Assembly (NCBI GenBank): GCA_964016885.1
Contig: OZ024757.1
Coordinates: 40,176,001 to 40,240,000 of the forward strand
DNA from: Eledone cirrhosa
Taxonomy: Eukaryota
DNA: 64,000 nt
Direction of reading: 5' to 3'
Shown: positions 26,831 through 41,114 of the stretch, piece after piece
Numbering within the stretch: the stretch's first letter is position 1
Layout: the number at the start of each line of letters is the position of its first letter
Translations under genes and position numbers: made by a program
The notes under the pieces: model-generated
Told to the model about the DNA's origin: nothing
Seen by the model: only the letters and a program-made list of their open reading frames with translations
Database searches by the model: none

Positions 26831-27317
26831 AGGAAACTACTTCCAATTGGGCAGGAGAATAAGAACAACATTACTTAAAGATAGGGGTCATCTTCAACAA
26901 ATATCACCCCTAGGGTACGAATAATTAAACAAATAGTTAAATAAATAAGTGTATTCGTTCAGGGTTCTTATTTGCCCTTCAAATGTATCAGCAACTGCAA
27001 CGTAATAGTTGTGAGATAAATTTACAGTATATGTGTATATGTATGACATCTGAACGAGTACTCTCCCCTTCCAAACATCACACCTTCCACCACTCGGGCC
27101 CCGGGTGACAGGATGGAGAATACATTGCCCCGTACGACGGCGAGAATAAGACGTGTTTGTGGTCCCTATCATTAAAAGAAAGCCCTGAATTTCTAGAGTC
27201 ATTACAACGTCGTTTAAAATGCTTCTGCGATATTGATTACAAGACTCAAAAGTCTATCCAAAATAGGATGGGAATTGAGATAGAATATCTGTTAAAATAT
27301 ACAGCCGTGTCTGCTAA

Positions 27318-27410
27318 TAATTGTTTCTACTTTAGGCACAAGGCCAGCAATTATCCAGTGCATCACTGGTACTTTATTTTATCGACCCCGTAAGGATGAA
27401 AGGCAAAGTC
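27318..27410 (-). mobile_element. Young SINE, 3' half
   Basis: Reverse complement of core and tail. Confidence 0.85.
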
Positions 27411-28254
27411 AATAATGATAGCCCATCCTGTCACTCTTTAATCATATACAAAATATCAATGGAGCGTGACTGAATGGTGCGCGTGGCTCCAACAATTCTA
27501 GCTGTATTCTATACTGCCATAACTGCCGTTCCTCTCGATGTGTTGCTATATATACATGCTGTAATGATGATTGTCTTTGAGGCAAAAGAGTGGCTTTATA
27601 TAAATATATATATATATATAAAAAAGAATAAAATAGAGAGAGAGGGGGCTAGAGAGAAAGAGAGAGGGCTGGAGCGAGAGAGACAGAAAGAGATAGAGAG
27701 AGAGAGAGGGAGGGAGGGAGGGAGAGAGGGAGGAGGATGTAAGACAAGGAAAAAAAGAGAGAGAGAAAGGGGTTTCAGATATTCTTTACACAATATCTTG
27801 TTTTTGTTTGAGGAAAACATTTCCATTCGCGTTGTTAGTCGTCCAAGTGATGATTTAGCAATGGTAACTGATGAAAGTTAGTATATGTGTATGTATGTGA
27901 GCACACGTGCGAGTGATTGCCTGCGTGAGTATGGGGGGGGGGTATGTGTGTAAATGTCTGTGTGTGTGTATGGATGTACGAAGGCTGATTATGTCTAAAT
28001 TTGTGTATGTATGTATATTTGAAAGTATGAGTGCACGTGTGTTTGCTTGTGTGTCTGGTCTGTGTGTGTGAGTGTGCTTGTGTGTGTGAGTGTGCCTGTG
28101 TGTGTGTGAGTATGTGTGAGTATGTGTGGGTGTGAACATTCGTGACTGTACGTTAGTGAGCGCATATGTGTGTTTGTAAGTACGAATGTATATGGGTGTG
28201 TTTGATAGCGAAGAACAGAATTGGAAGTCTACTGTTTCTGATTTGGTGAATGCT

Positions 28255-28320
<66 letters not shown>

Positions 28321-28379
28321 TGTATATATATATGTATATATGTATGTATGTATATATATATGTATGTATGTATATATAT

Positions 28380-28457
<78 letters not shown>

Positions 28458-28727
28458 GTGATGTGTGAGTGAAAGCTACGGTGAGGTGTTGGTGCTGGAA
28501 AGAAATGTTTATGAATGAGATGTATTATGACCGCGATGGAGTGATGTATGTATATGATTTCCGGCTATATTATTCTAAACAGATTTTCTCACATCCTAAA
28601 ACAAAGACTAACTGGCACCTCGGGTTTGTGACACCACTGACCTCCTACACTGACAGACACGACAGTATCAACACTGCCACTGGAAGTAACACCCTTTACT
28701 CTGCCTATCGACACACATATATATATA

Positions 28728-29207
28728 TCATCATCATCATTTTACGTCCGCTTTTCCCTGCTTGCAAGGGTGGGACGGGTCTTATTCAGCATCTCTCCAC
28801 TCGTCACGGTCCTTTGTCATCTCCACCGTGAGCTTCAATGATCTGAGGTCTGTTCTCACCACCTCCGCCCATGATTTTCGTGGTCTACCTCTACCACGTC
28901 TTCCTTCAACTGGCATTTCCTGGCACCTCTTCACCCATCGGTCATCCTCCATGCGCATCACATGTCCATACCACCTCAGTCTCCTCTCCCTCTCAGACAC
29001 AGTTTCTCTCTCAACACATCCATGCTGGGTCTTTCACTCACATTTACACTGCACATCCAACGGAGCATGCTTGCCTTATTTCTCTCCAGCCGTCGCATAT
29101 CCTCTGAAGTTGCTGCCCATGTCTCACTACCATTGCAGCATCGCGCTCCTCACACAGGCATCATACAACCGGCCTTTCGTACGCAGGGAGAAACCCTTCT
29201 TCGTCAA
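28728..29207 (-). mobile_element. 5'-truncated RTE/RTE-X-like LINE 3' end, pseudogenised
   Basis: LTKKGFSLRTKGRLYDACVRSAML(fs)GSETWAATSEDMRRLERNKASMLRWMC...RRLRWYGHVMRMEDDRWVKRCQEMPVEGRRGRGRPRKSW...DRDEWR; (ATG)n tail. Confidence 0.88.
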
Positions 29208-29704
29208 ATATATATATATATATACACACACACACATATATATATATACATACACACACACACACACATATATATATACATACACACACATACACATATA
29301 TATACATACACACACATATACATACACACACACATATATACAAAACCACGCACACACATATACATACACACACATGTATATATACAAACACACATATACA
29401 CACATATACACACCCACATATCTATCTAACAAAAGAAGGTGTGGTAAGATACCAGGTGGACCATAACGCACCAGAGTACTCGATACTTAGGGTAACAGTC
29501 AGGACACCTACGGCTGAGCTCCGTCAGTTTCGACAACTAGATCCGAACTAAGCCCCGGTAGTATTGTTATATACTTTGGGAGGGTCATGGTACTAATAAA
29601 AACACACGCACCTGTCGGTTTAACTTCAATTTATTATAAATTTCCAGTTGGTTCTTTCGTTCGCAGATATTTATAATAAATTGAAGTGAAAACGCAGCTG
29701 AAGC

Positions 29705-29878
29705 TGAGATGATGATAATGATGATAATGATGACGATGATAAAATTGATGGAAATGATGATAGTGATGATGATGATTAAGCTGAAACTTAAGCTGAAGAC
29801 AGATGATGACGGCGATGATGATGATGATGATGATAATGACGACGATGATGATGATGATGATAATGACGACGATGAGGG

Positions 29879-29909
<31 letters not shown>

Positions 29910-29928
29910 GTTGATTGAAATGATGATA
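29705..29928. repeat. (GAT/GAC)n trinucleotide tract
   Basis: Directly visible. Confidence 0.9.
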
Positions 29929-30721
29929 AATATTCGTACCGTTACGTTTGCTGCTCGTGGTGATAAATTATTTAAACAGTAAAATGTATTTAAACACTAC
30001 ACATGGCGTATTTTAAGCAGGATGATTTCGGTTGTAATTGGCCATTTTAGCTAATCACAATTCCAAGCCCAAGAGAGTAGAATTTCAAGATTACTTTATA
30101 ATTCACAAAGTTTGGACTTGGAACAGAAAGACAGCTTCTATGGCGTAGTGTGGTATATTAATACCAGTGTGTAGACACTTTGCAGTATATCCCTCATGTA
30201 TTTTAACTAATATGAGTTAAGGAAAAAAGTTATAGTTTTGACGTTTTCACACCCAATATGTATTATGTATTATGTATTATGTATTATGCATCCAATATAA
30301 TAAATAGATATATACACGCACATATATACATACATAAATATGTATATACTGTATAATTACACATCTCACATATATATGTATATATATACGTATACATATT
30401 CATACCCACACATATATACATGCTCAAATACGTATATATATTTATACACCAGACATATATACATACGTATATATATTTATACCCACACATATACACATAC
30501 GTATATATATTTATACCCACACATATACACATCACGTATATATATTTATACCCACACATATACATACACAAATATGTATATATACCCATACATATATACA
30601 TGCATATATATATATGTATATATACACAGACTCTCATACAGACATGTATTTATACCCATACATCTATACATGCATATATATATATACACACATACATAGA
30701 CACATACACACACACATACAC

Positions 30722-30752
<31 letters not shown>

Positions 30753-31252
30753 TACATAGACACATACACACACACATACACATATATATACACATATATA
30801 TACATACACAGACACACATATATATATATATCAAATTATTGGACCAATAAATTCATTTTGAAGTACTGGTTTACGGGTTTACTCAAACCAATATTTATAG
30901 TTTAATAATATATAGAAAATCAATATAAAAAAATATGAAAGGCATATTATATATATAATTATATATACATATATATTGGTGCCCACGCCTTTTTTTTATT
31001 CAGTTTATCAATTTTACAAACAGAAATGTATTTCGTTTGTGTGTTAACCTAATATATTCCTTCCATATACTGAACCGATCATGTTATTTCTCCTTACCTT
31101 TTTATATAAGCACACACATATATATGTATATATGTATAAATATATATACATATATATATATATATATTAGGGTTCCAAAGACATGCACCTTGTCCGTTCC
31201 CTTGTCTTTGTTGTTTGGATTGCCTTCGGAACATAACCTTATTATGTTAGAA

Positions 31253-31327
31253 GCTGTCTGATGATGCCATGGCACTGGGTACACGAAATCGTGTGGCCAC
31301 TGTCGTCATTGAAATATGTATCACAGC
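31253..31327 (+). ncRNA. Type-I hammerhead motif with a canonical core inside a Penelope-like fragment (31170-31385)
   Basis: gctgt CTGATGA tg..tggc..acacga aa tcgtgt g gcca..catt GAAA tatgta TC acagc: 5-bp stem I, AUC triplet, AATAAA just downstream. Confidence 0.7.
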
Positions 31328-31393
31328 ATTATCAATAAAGAACTTTAACAGCTGACTCTACTTCGCATTTTCTCATTCTCTCTCTCATGTATG

Positions 31394-31424
<31 letters not shown>

Positions 31425-31427
31425 TTT

Positions 31428-31705
31428 TGAGTGCTCACAGCTCCGATACTACGGAAATGTGGATGCAATGACTTAAAAATGCATCATTGGACAGATCTTA
31501 ATAGCAAATTCGACCGAACGACCGGCAGGAGGCCCAGTGGCAGACCCCGAGCAATATGGGTGGATAACATCCATGAGCTCGGCTGGGTGATTCAGCAGCG
31601 GGATCGGTTGGATACAGCCGCTTCTTGACAGGACCTCCTGTAAGGATTGTCTGATCAGTCTGACCCACACGAACCTCTGAGGTATAAGTCAGTGAAGAAG
31701 AAATA
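31428..31705 (+). mobile_element. Decayed RTE/Expander-like LINE 3' end
   Basis: SQLRYYGNV ... TGRRPSGRPRAIWVDNIHELGW in two frames; (GAA)n tail. Confidence 0.65.
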
Positions 31706-32209
31706 AAAAGGTAAAGCGGAATACAAGAAGAAAAATGGAAGAAGCGACAATCTCTTGCTTTTATTGATAAATATAACTATTTTTTCTCTAAATAATAATA
31801 AGAAAATATCGGTATATAGGGATTGTGATAATCTATAGAATTAATTTGTTTTAATATACCAATATTTCCTTGTAAGATTAAATATCTCACGACAGAAAAG
31901 AATAATGGATTATTTTGTAATAATCCTTCTCGAAATATCAGCGTCTGGGATTTTAAACTTGCTAGAATGAAGATTATCAATCATTTGTCTCCCCTTACAA
32001 ACCACCACATACGTCTTCCTTTAGTCTAATAGCGCGCAGTTCTCTTAAAAGATTATTTATTATACTTATTATTTATCATTTGGTGGTGAAGTAACAGAAG
32101 CGATAAAATCCGAGGTTGTGTTATATAATCACAAGAGATTTTAAGATATATGAGATACCCAACAACTCTCGGAATCAGCAATTCTGAGCCTTATCTTATA
32201 ACATTTTCA

Positions 32210-32259
<50 letters not shown>

Positions 32260-32397
32260 CGATGCCCCAGTATGGCCTCAGACTGTCGGCTGGAACACGT
32301 AGTACAATAATATATATTCATATACACACATGTATAAATACAATGCGACAATGATGATGATGAGCGCGATTATGATATTATATGCTGATGGTAATGA

Positions 32398-32705
32398 TAT
32401 TAACTTTGCCTTTCGTCCTTACGGGGTCGACAAACTAAAGTACCAGTAATGCACTGGGTTAATTGCCAAAAGTAGAAACAATTACTATTATTAAAAGAAT
32501 CTGTAGTATCTCGGTCAAACTACTTTCTATAATTTAGTTACAACATTCTATCTTTTGAGTTCAAATCCCTCCGAGGTTATCTTTGACTTTCATTCTTACA
32601 GGGTCGATAAATAAAGTACCAGTAAGCACTGGGTTCGATTTAATCGAATTTCCTTTCCCTACAAAATTGCTGACATTGTGCCTAAATCAGAAAACCAATT
32701 ATTAT
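32398..32705 (+). mobile_element. Two adjacent SINE pieces
   Basis: Core motif at about 32400-32450 and 32570-32625. Confidence 0.8.
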
Positions 32706-32724
32706 TATCAGTACATTTGCTAAA

Positions 32725-33090
32725 AGGCGGATGCATGTGGTGAGAATGGCCCGTGTGAGTAGGCCAATTATGACCATGCACCTATAGGCTGGCTAATTTG
32801 AGGAGGAGAAGAGTGCCCTCCCCGGGTTCCCCAGAAGCGCAGGGTGGTTCAAGATTGCTGGGGTACCTGAGTCCCCGCTAGGTCGTCCACCCCCTCTATT
32901 GGGGAACTTATTTTGTTATATTTAAGCATAGTTTATATTATATATTCTCATTGTTAAATTGGTCAAGCCATTGTCCACTCTTACTCGAGCTTATTGTAAA
33001 TGGTCATTGTCCGTGTCTTTGTATTGTCCCCTACATGTCGGCCCTTGTGGCGAATAAAATCATTATTATTATTATTATTATTATTATTCT
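32725..33090 (+). mobile_element. Probable LINE 3' end/3'UTR (L1/Tx1-like; assignment from memory)
   Basis: GC-richer island ending ggcccttgtggcgAATAAAat followed by an (ATT)n tail. Confidence 0.45.
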
Positions 33091-34804
33091 GACAATGGTG
33101 ATTATGAAGGCAATCATTGTCATCTTTCTAATCATTCATCTTTTCTGTGATATTTCAACAATAGAACGAAATTGAATATCATAGATTACCATATCAATGT
33201 GACTAAATTGAAACAAAAATAATAATAATAATAAAAAATTAATAATAATAATAAAATCAGTGATAAATAGACATGTTAGTGAGAATGGTTGGTGTGCAGA
33301 TAGAAGAGATAATTAGAGAGATGGCTGTAGAAAAGTGAGGTGTAAAGAGTACCGAGGCAAGCAAGCAGTCAGGCAAACCGGCAAAGAAAGCATACTTTCA
33401 TCTGATGATATTACTTTAGTATTCACGGATTGTAAGAGAGGGTGTAACAGTAGCATTAATTATATCCCCACACCCATAAAAAATATGTAATAATAATAAT
33501 AATAATAATAATAAACAGCTGAGAGGTATTGATGAGAAAGATTGCTATAACTTAGTAGAGTATTGAGACTTAGGTTTAACTGACGCCAACTTAAAGATAG
33601 GGTAGATATAGAAGAGGAAAAGAATGGTGTTAATTTTGTTGGCGATTTCAGTGTTGGGAATGGAAAAAATCTTGTATGAAAAGCATATTATCTGAACATT
33701 AATATGGAACATCAAACACATTAGGAAATGGAAGGAAAGGGTAAAAATACGAATTAATAATCTTCATCGTATATTTTTCTCGAGGAAGCAGATGTTTTCA
33801 TGGAATGAATGTTTGTGAAGTAGAAAGAAAATGCTGTGTAATTCATTCAATCTTTGTTTATAAAATCCAACGAGAACTAGTGCTAATCAGAAAAGGAAAA
33901 AAAAAAAAAACCATTCAGAGATTCCAGCTGCTAGTGTAACTAACTATCTATGGCGCAAAAAAAGATTTTCGATAGTTTCGCACGGTCTCTAATACGTGGC
34001 CAACAATAAAATAAACAAATGGATTAAGATATAAATTCACTTTAAATTCATTTATAGACCGTTACTATTTTTACACGGCTGATAATAACGAGAGAAAAAA
34101 AAAAAATCAAAATTAAGAAAAATATATTAAATAAATTCTCTAAAGAATGTCTTTACATACTAATTAATGATTCCATCTTTAAGTAAATTTAGTTTATTTG
34201 TTTGTCTCGTGGTTCTTTACAAAACAAAATAAGAAAAAAATATCATGACAAAACATTGAATAAAATAAATCAAAAATGAACGCTAGAATATTTTTAAAAT
34301 GTATATCCACGAAAAGATAATGAAAACAACACGAGCCTTATCCTAATATCTAAATATGTTGTTTACACAAACGAAATATAAATAATACTTATGATATTAC
34401 AGACCAGACATTTTGGTATTTCATGGCTATCCAACGTTTGAAGAGTTATTGAGTTCTCCATTCAATGAATTAATCGTCTAATACTTTGAATCCGTAAACA
34501 TTAAAGTTTATTTGTCTCCGGATTTAATTTTACAAACACAAACACAAAATATAAATATAGACGATAAATAGCAGACATCAACCAGTTATATTGTTCCTTT
34601 TCCTACCTAAATACTCGGGTTTGTTTATTTTTTCTATCTTCTCTTATTGACGTTTCTCAATAAATTCGTAGGCAACGAAATTACTTCTACACACCACAAA
34701 TTGTTTGTTAAAAACCTTATTTAAATTTAAACTTCTAAATAACAAAATGAATAATTTAGAAAACGTGTGGAAGATCAACTTCTCACCAACCAATAAATAC
34801 ATAG

Positions 34805-34963
34805 AAGAAGACGTGGCTGAAACAAACAGAAAAGTGCCTGAAATCGGAGCGTCTCGAAGTTGACCCTACTAATGTCAGGGCCATAAACAGAAAAGCGTGG
34901 AAGAACATCATCATCGGAGTCCACCAAGCAGTGGTACCCATAGTAGAAAAAAGGGCCCAGTAG
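34805..34963 (+). mobile_element. Extreme C-terminus of an RTE-like LINE ORF
   Basis: [38 protein letters not shown]...* fits the RPKKTW...NR..W C-terminal pattern. Confidence 0.5.
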
Positions 34964-35435
34964 AGTTAAGGCTTAATATAACAGGAAAAGTATATAAATA
35001 TATACATACATACATATATACATACATACATATATACATACATATATACATATATATATTTATACATATATACATACATACATATACACATATATATTTA
35101 TACATATATACATATATATATTTATACATATATACACATTTATACATATACATATATATACATTTATACATATACATATATATACATTTATACATATACA
35201 TACATTTATACATATACATACATTTATACATATATATACATTTATACATATATATTCATATATACATATATATATACATATATATATACATATATACAGA
35301 CACACACACATATATATATACATGTGTGTGTGTGTGTGTGTGTGTGTACAGAGATCTAAGTCCTAGATGAAAACATCATTTACATACACTATTGAAGATA
35401 CATCATAAGAAATATGTTTATATAAATCCAGTATA

Positions 35436-35526
<91 letters not shown>

Positions 35527-35921
35527 CATACATTATTCTGAATTTCATGAATATCAACTTGTTTGTAACTTATTCTATGTAATACATAATAATAAATATG
35601 ACATTTCTAAGGAATGACATCGATAATAATAATAATATAAACATTTGTGTTTTGTGTTAGAAGTGAAGTTGATTGCAGTTTTCTTGGAACCACAGAAGTG
35701 TGTCATATGTGATTAAGTTCTGAACACGCACAAATACTAAAAGATATATAATTTGCCAAGAGTTTCTTGCTTGAAAATATAACAAACAAAGCGATGCTCT
35801 TTTATAAGTCATGCATCGCTGAATCTTCGAATGTGCGCTCAAAAATTAACCGAAGCGAAAAAATAGAAACAAAAATATAATATAACGCAAAGAATATATT
35901 ATTTTATTATTCTATATTTTC

Positions 35922-36668
35922 TTGTTGGTGTTGATGGTTTTGTTGGTGGTGTTGGTGGTTAGGTTGGTGGTGGTGTTGGTTGGTTGGTGTTGGTTGGAGT
36001 TGAGTTGGTTGGGGTTGTGTTGGTGTTGTATTGGTTGTGGTTGTGTTCGTGTTGTTGGTTGGTGTTGTTGTTGGTTGGTGTTGTTGTTGGTTGGTGTTGT
36101 TGTTGGTTGGTGTTGGTTGGTGTTGTTGTTGGTTGGTGTTGTTGTTGGTTGGTGTTGTTGTTGGTTGGTGTTGGTTGGTGTTGTTGTTGGTTGGTGTTGT
36201 TGTTGGTTGGTGTTGTTGTTGGTTAGTGTTGTATTGGTTGTGGTTGTGTCGGTGTTGTTGGTTGGTGTTGTATTGGTTGGTGTTGTTGTGGTTGTGTTGG
36301 TGTTGTTGTTGGGTGTGTTGGTGTTGTTGTTGGGTGTGTTGTTGTTGTTGGGTGTGTTGGTGTTGTTGGGTGTGTTGGTGTTGTTGGGTGTGTTGCTGTT
36401 GGTGGGTGTGTTGGTGTTGGTGGGTGTGTTGGTGTTGGTGGTGTTATTGAGTTGGTGTTGTTGGTGGTGGTTGTGTTGGTGTTGTTCGGGGTTGTTCTGG
36501 TGTTGGTAGTTATGTTGGTGTTGGTAGTTATGTTGGTGTTGTTGGTAATGGTTGTGTTGGTGTTGTTGGTAATGGTTGTGTTGGTGTTGTTGGTTGTGTT
36601 GGTGTAGTTGGTGGTGGTTTTGTTGGTGTTGTTGATGGTTGTGTTAGTGTTGATGTTGTTGTTGTTGT
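35922..36668. repeat. (GTT/GGT/GTTG)n G+T-only low-complexity tract
   Basis: Directly visible; similar tracts at 51075-51192 and 52978-53240. Confidence 0.92.
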
Positions 36669-36908
36669 GAGACTTATAATTTAGTTAAATTCATTTATGA
36701 TGTTTACAAATGTTTTATGAACGTGATTAAACAAGCTTTCGCATCCAACCAAGCACAACCGAAAAATTGGTTTTAAACATGGAAAAACTCAACAACTTTC
36801 GTAGTCTATCTATATAATTCAATAGGCGTCTTATAGGCGACGTTTTCATTCATTTTCTACTTTGAACAAATCATTAGATTGTTTATCGTATATACCAACA
36901 AAATTGCA

Positions 36909-36959
<51 letters not shown>

Positions 36960-37796
36960 CGTTTATAACTGTAGAGTTTACATGTGAAAGTGAAAACATG
37001 TTTAGAAACAAACAAACAAAGTGAATTATATGAACATTTGCTACGTGTAGATATTTGCACATTATCAATATATTTAGTATTATAAATGCCTGGTACGATG
37101 CAGTAGAAATATATAAATGGCAAACAATAACAAATATAACAAAATAAAGTAATGTTTTACTCAGTATATTTCAACATATTTCAGGCCATACTCTCTTGTC
37201 AAATGTACGTAATATATGTGTGTGTATATATATATATATATAGTATTAACGTATAAGGGAACAAAGAATCAGTGTTGCATCATATACATATTTAATTACA
37301 TATGTTTCACTGTCGATCAGCTCGAGAAACGATCTATTAGTAATCGAACGTGACTCTGGAATCCGAAGTTCCTCATATGTTTTAACACCTACACACATAC
37401 ACACACATATATATAAATATATATATATATATATGTATATATATATGTGTGTGTGTGTATGTTAAATGTAACCATAAATAACAACACAATCGGTACAGTA
37501 TATGGAAGGAATATATTAGGTTAACGCTTGAAAGGCATATCAGGACTGGGACGGCTTTATTCATGGATGAAAGGAGGAGCCAGCAATGGTAAGCATCTCA
37601 TCAGTAACATCAGTAACTATAGACACAACTTATTCTAACTACAGAAAGAAGTGTATAACAGAGTTTTTATTATTATTAAGGAACACTACTTATGCTATTA
37701 GTGGTATTTACAGTTGTGGCCATCACTCAGACTTTATTCTATGTAAAGTAATTTCTAATTCATAATAAAGTGCAAACCGTTATAGGGAAGAGACAG

Positions 37797-37934
37797 CAGT
37801 TCTTTATTTTATCGACTCTAGAAGGATAAAACACAGAGATGACATGGACAGGATTTAAACAAAGAAAGTAAAGAGCCAGAACAAATTCTGTGAATCTTTT
37901 ATCCAAAGCGCCAATTATTCTACCAAACCGCTCG
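37797..37934 (-). mobile_element. Highly decayed SINE
   Basis: ctttattttatcgactctagaaggataaa...ggatttaaac. Confidence 0.55.
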
Positions 37935-38059
37935 CGTTTATATTCAATACATAATGCACGCAGACATTATTTTGTGTATACAATTTCTGATACATAATTC
38001 TCACCAAATGAGTGCCTGCATTTCATAGAGGCTTACAACATTGTTGTAAAGACAGACGC

Positions 38060-38112
<53 letters not shown>

Positions 38113-38121
38113 CAACTGATT

Positions 38122-38157
<36 letters not shown>

Positions 38158-38199
38158 CAACTGTCTTTGCTATAGAGTAAGCCTCTGAAAAAAGTACAA

Positions 38200-38236
<37 letters not shown>

Positions 38237-38299
38237 TGTATGTATGCATGCATGCATGCATGCGCGCGTGTGTGTGTATGTACTTTTTCAGAGGCTTAC

Positions 38300-38638
38300 T
38301 CTAAACATTTATATATACATGTATTGTAAAGGTACATCTGCTGACGCCATCTTCCTTTCTAATCTTATTCTTTCATTAAAAAAAAAAGACAATTCACTCT
38401 ACCTTCTTTATATTGAGTGCATTAACGCATTGATTTATACACATTCACACACATACACACACACATACACGTGTGTGGGGGGGGGGGGACTATGTGTGTA
38501 TAAAACAATGCGTTAATGCACTCAATATAAAGAAGGTAGAGTGAATTGTCTTTTTTTTAAAATGAAAGAATAAGATTAGAAAGGAAGATGGCGTCAGCAG
38601 ATGTACCTTTACAATACATGTATATATAAATGTTTAGA
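38300..38638. repeat. Long near-perfect inverted repeat (~144-bp arms, ~50-bp spacer)
   Basis: 38300-38444 is the reverse complement of about 38494-38638. Confidence 0.92.
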
Positions 38639-38768
38639 ACATCAAGTTTAAAGTTCTTAACAGTTTTAATGTATAAAGCTTTGAAGATAAAACAACGTTA
38701 TTGCGTGCGTTTATTAAAGGGGCTTACTTTAATAAATATACGTAGAGATAATATATATATATATATAT

Positions 38769-38963
38769 ATAGGAACGAGTAGGACCCCGACGGCTGAGCT
38801 GAAGCCGTTTCGACGGCTAATTCTGAGTCCAGAATTAGCCGTCGAAACAGGCTTGAGCTCAGCCGTCGGGGTTCTACTCGTTCCTATTACCCACTCTACT
38901 ACCCTAAGTATTGAGTACTTTGGTGCGTTATGGTCCACCTGGTTCCTTACCACATTTCCTTCG

Positions 38964-38965
<2 letters not shown>
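38769..38965. mobile_element. Fold-back element end: ~57-bp inverted arms with a 4-nt loop, plus a family tail
   Basis: 38769-38825 versus 38830-38887; same family at 22137 and 29428. Confidence 0.8.
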
Positions 38966-39004
<39 letters not shown>

Positions 39005-39112
39005 TATAAAGTTAATATACCTATATATTTAAATATACATATATATATATATTATATATATGTATATATGAATATATAAAGTTAATATACCTATATATTT
39101 AAATATACATAC

Positions 39113-39145
<33 letters not shown>

Positions 39146-39273
39146 TACATATATATATAAGCGTACACACAAGTATACACATATATATATATACACACAT
39201 ACATATACACACGCACACATATACATACACACCCTTATACACATACACACATATATACACACACATACATACA

Positions 39274-39324
<51 letters not shown>

Positions 39325-39434
39325 ATATATATATACAGGCATTGCGCATATGTATATAAAGAGATGGGGGAGAGATAGAGAGAGAGAGAGAGAAAGAGAT
39401 AAAGAGAGAAAGAGAGAGATAAAGAGAGAAAGAA

Positions 39435-39530
<96 letters not shown>

Positions 39531-40120
39531 ATGGGCAGATATTATTCTTTTCTTAGAAATATTTGTTCCTGATTTGTTCATTTGATAGAGATCTTATTTG
39601 GAAATTTTCAATTTTAAATGAGATTAATATTTGCTGACTTATTTCTTTGTAGGTTCATTATTATCAATATCGTTATCATCATCATCATTATTATTATTAT
39701 TATTATTATCAGTATTATCATTAGTACTACTATTACTGTTATTATTATCGTTACTAATATTTCTTTACAAATAATTCTTACTAAAGCTACAGGGATATTA
39801 TCTTTGAATTGTATATTTTTTTCAACGCTATGCTCTTATTCAATTTCGAAAAATATGGTTTCACTTTGAAACCTTATCAATAACTTAATTACATACATGT
39901 CAAAAGTATTTATTACGTTCATTTAAAATTTTATGTAGTTTCCTTTATTTTAGACACGTATTATGAATTTACAAATGAAAAAAAAAACGGCCCTGAAATT
40001 GATCCATTCTTTCGATGTGTATCATCTATATATTTTCCCCTCCTTAATATTATAATTACTGGAACCAGTTTATGGAAACGACTAAATTAAGATATTTTAT
40101 GTGTATATAGAATCTTACAG

Positions 40121-40500
40121 AGGCGGTGAGTCGTCAGAGTCGTTAGAACGTCGGATAGAATGCTTTGTGGTATTACGTTTCGGTTCTCTGATCTCTTTGT
40201 TCAAATCGCATCGAGGTCAACTTTCAGCCATTCAAGGTTAATAAGAAAAATACCAGTCTAATATACTGGGGTCGATTCTTCCTCTATATTCCTTTCTCAC
40301 CTCCAATCCCTCACTTTGCCTTATAACCATTCGATGTTGATAAATAGGTACCAGTCTACTACTGATGTTGATTTTTCCACTATATCTCTCTCCCACTTTC
40401 TCTGTCTCACTCTTTACTATTCTCTGTCAGAAAATCTGCTGTACTCAGCTCTGGAGATTGATGGGTTCCACCAGTTTTTAAAATACCCTAGAAATGCCAT
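40121..40500 (+). mobile_element. Older long SINE with an internal duplication
   Basis: ggcggtgagtcgtcagagtcgttagaacgtcgg head; taccagtcta...actg...gatt motif twice; 3' module. Confidence 0.7.
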
Positions 40501-41114
40501 ATATGGGTGTCTGGCATGCATATGTGGATGCCTGGTGTGTATATATGTGGGTACACGATGTTTATATTTGGGAGGCTTGGTTTTGTATATCTGAGTATTA
40601 GGTGTGTACGTGTGGGTAGTGGATGTGTAGATATGTGCGTGCCTGATGTACCTATGTGGGTGCCTGATATGTACGTACGTATGTGTGTGTGTAGGTGTGT
40701 ACTCATGTATTCGTGAGGGTGTGTGATGGGATAACAAACAGCCGTGAAGTCACTTGACAGTTTAAAAAACAATCTACAAAGGAGCTAAGAATCTCTTTCC
40801 TCTGCTGTTTGAAATCATCTTTTTTCGTTTGATTCTCATTCTCTCGTTGTTTCATTTCTCTGATCTTTTCTGACGGCTTTGATTTCAACCGCAGACTGTT
40901 GTCATTCGTAGAATTTGTGTTGTGCTTTTCTTCTTACATTGCATTTAAAACTACAATCCAATTACAAGTAAGAGGTTGCTTATGATCAAATAACAAGCAA
41001 GATACGATATACAAATGACTTAAGTTATGTCTTATGGAAGTCAATAGGTAGAGTCGTAAGATCATCGATAATATACAATTATTTTGTCGAAGCTGGCTGT
41101 GTCGAAGTTAGACA

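Noticed and set aside
29709-29918. Poly-Asp ORF; also poly-Val/Ser ORFs at 50600 and 52978 and the His-rich ORF at 15205
   Set aside because: Trinucleotide microsatellites without splice or domain support.
39630-39660. Plus-strand branch-point/acceptor-like gctgacttatttctttgtag
   Set aside because: Followed by (ATT/ATC)n low-complexity sequence with no plausible exon or donor.
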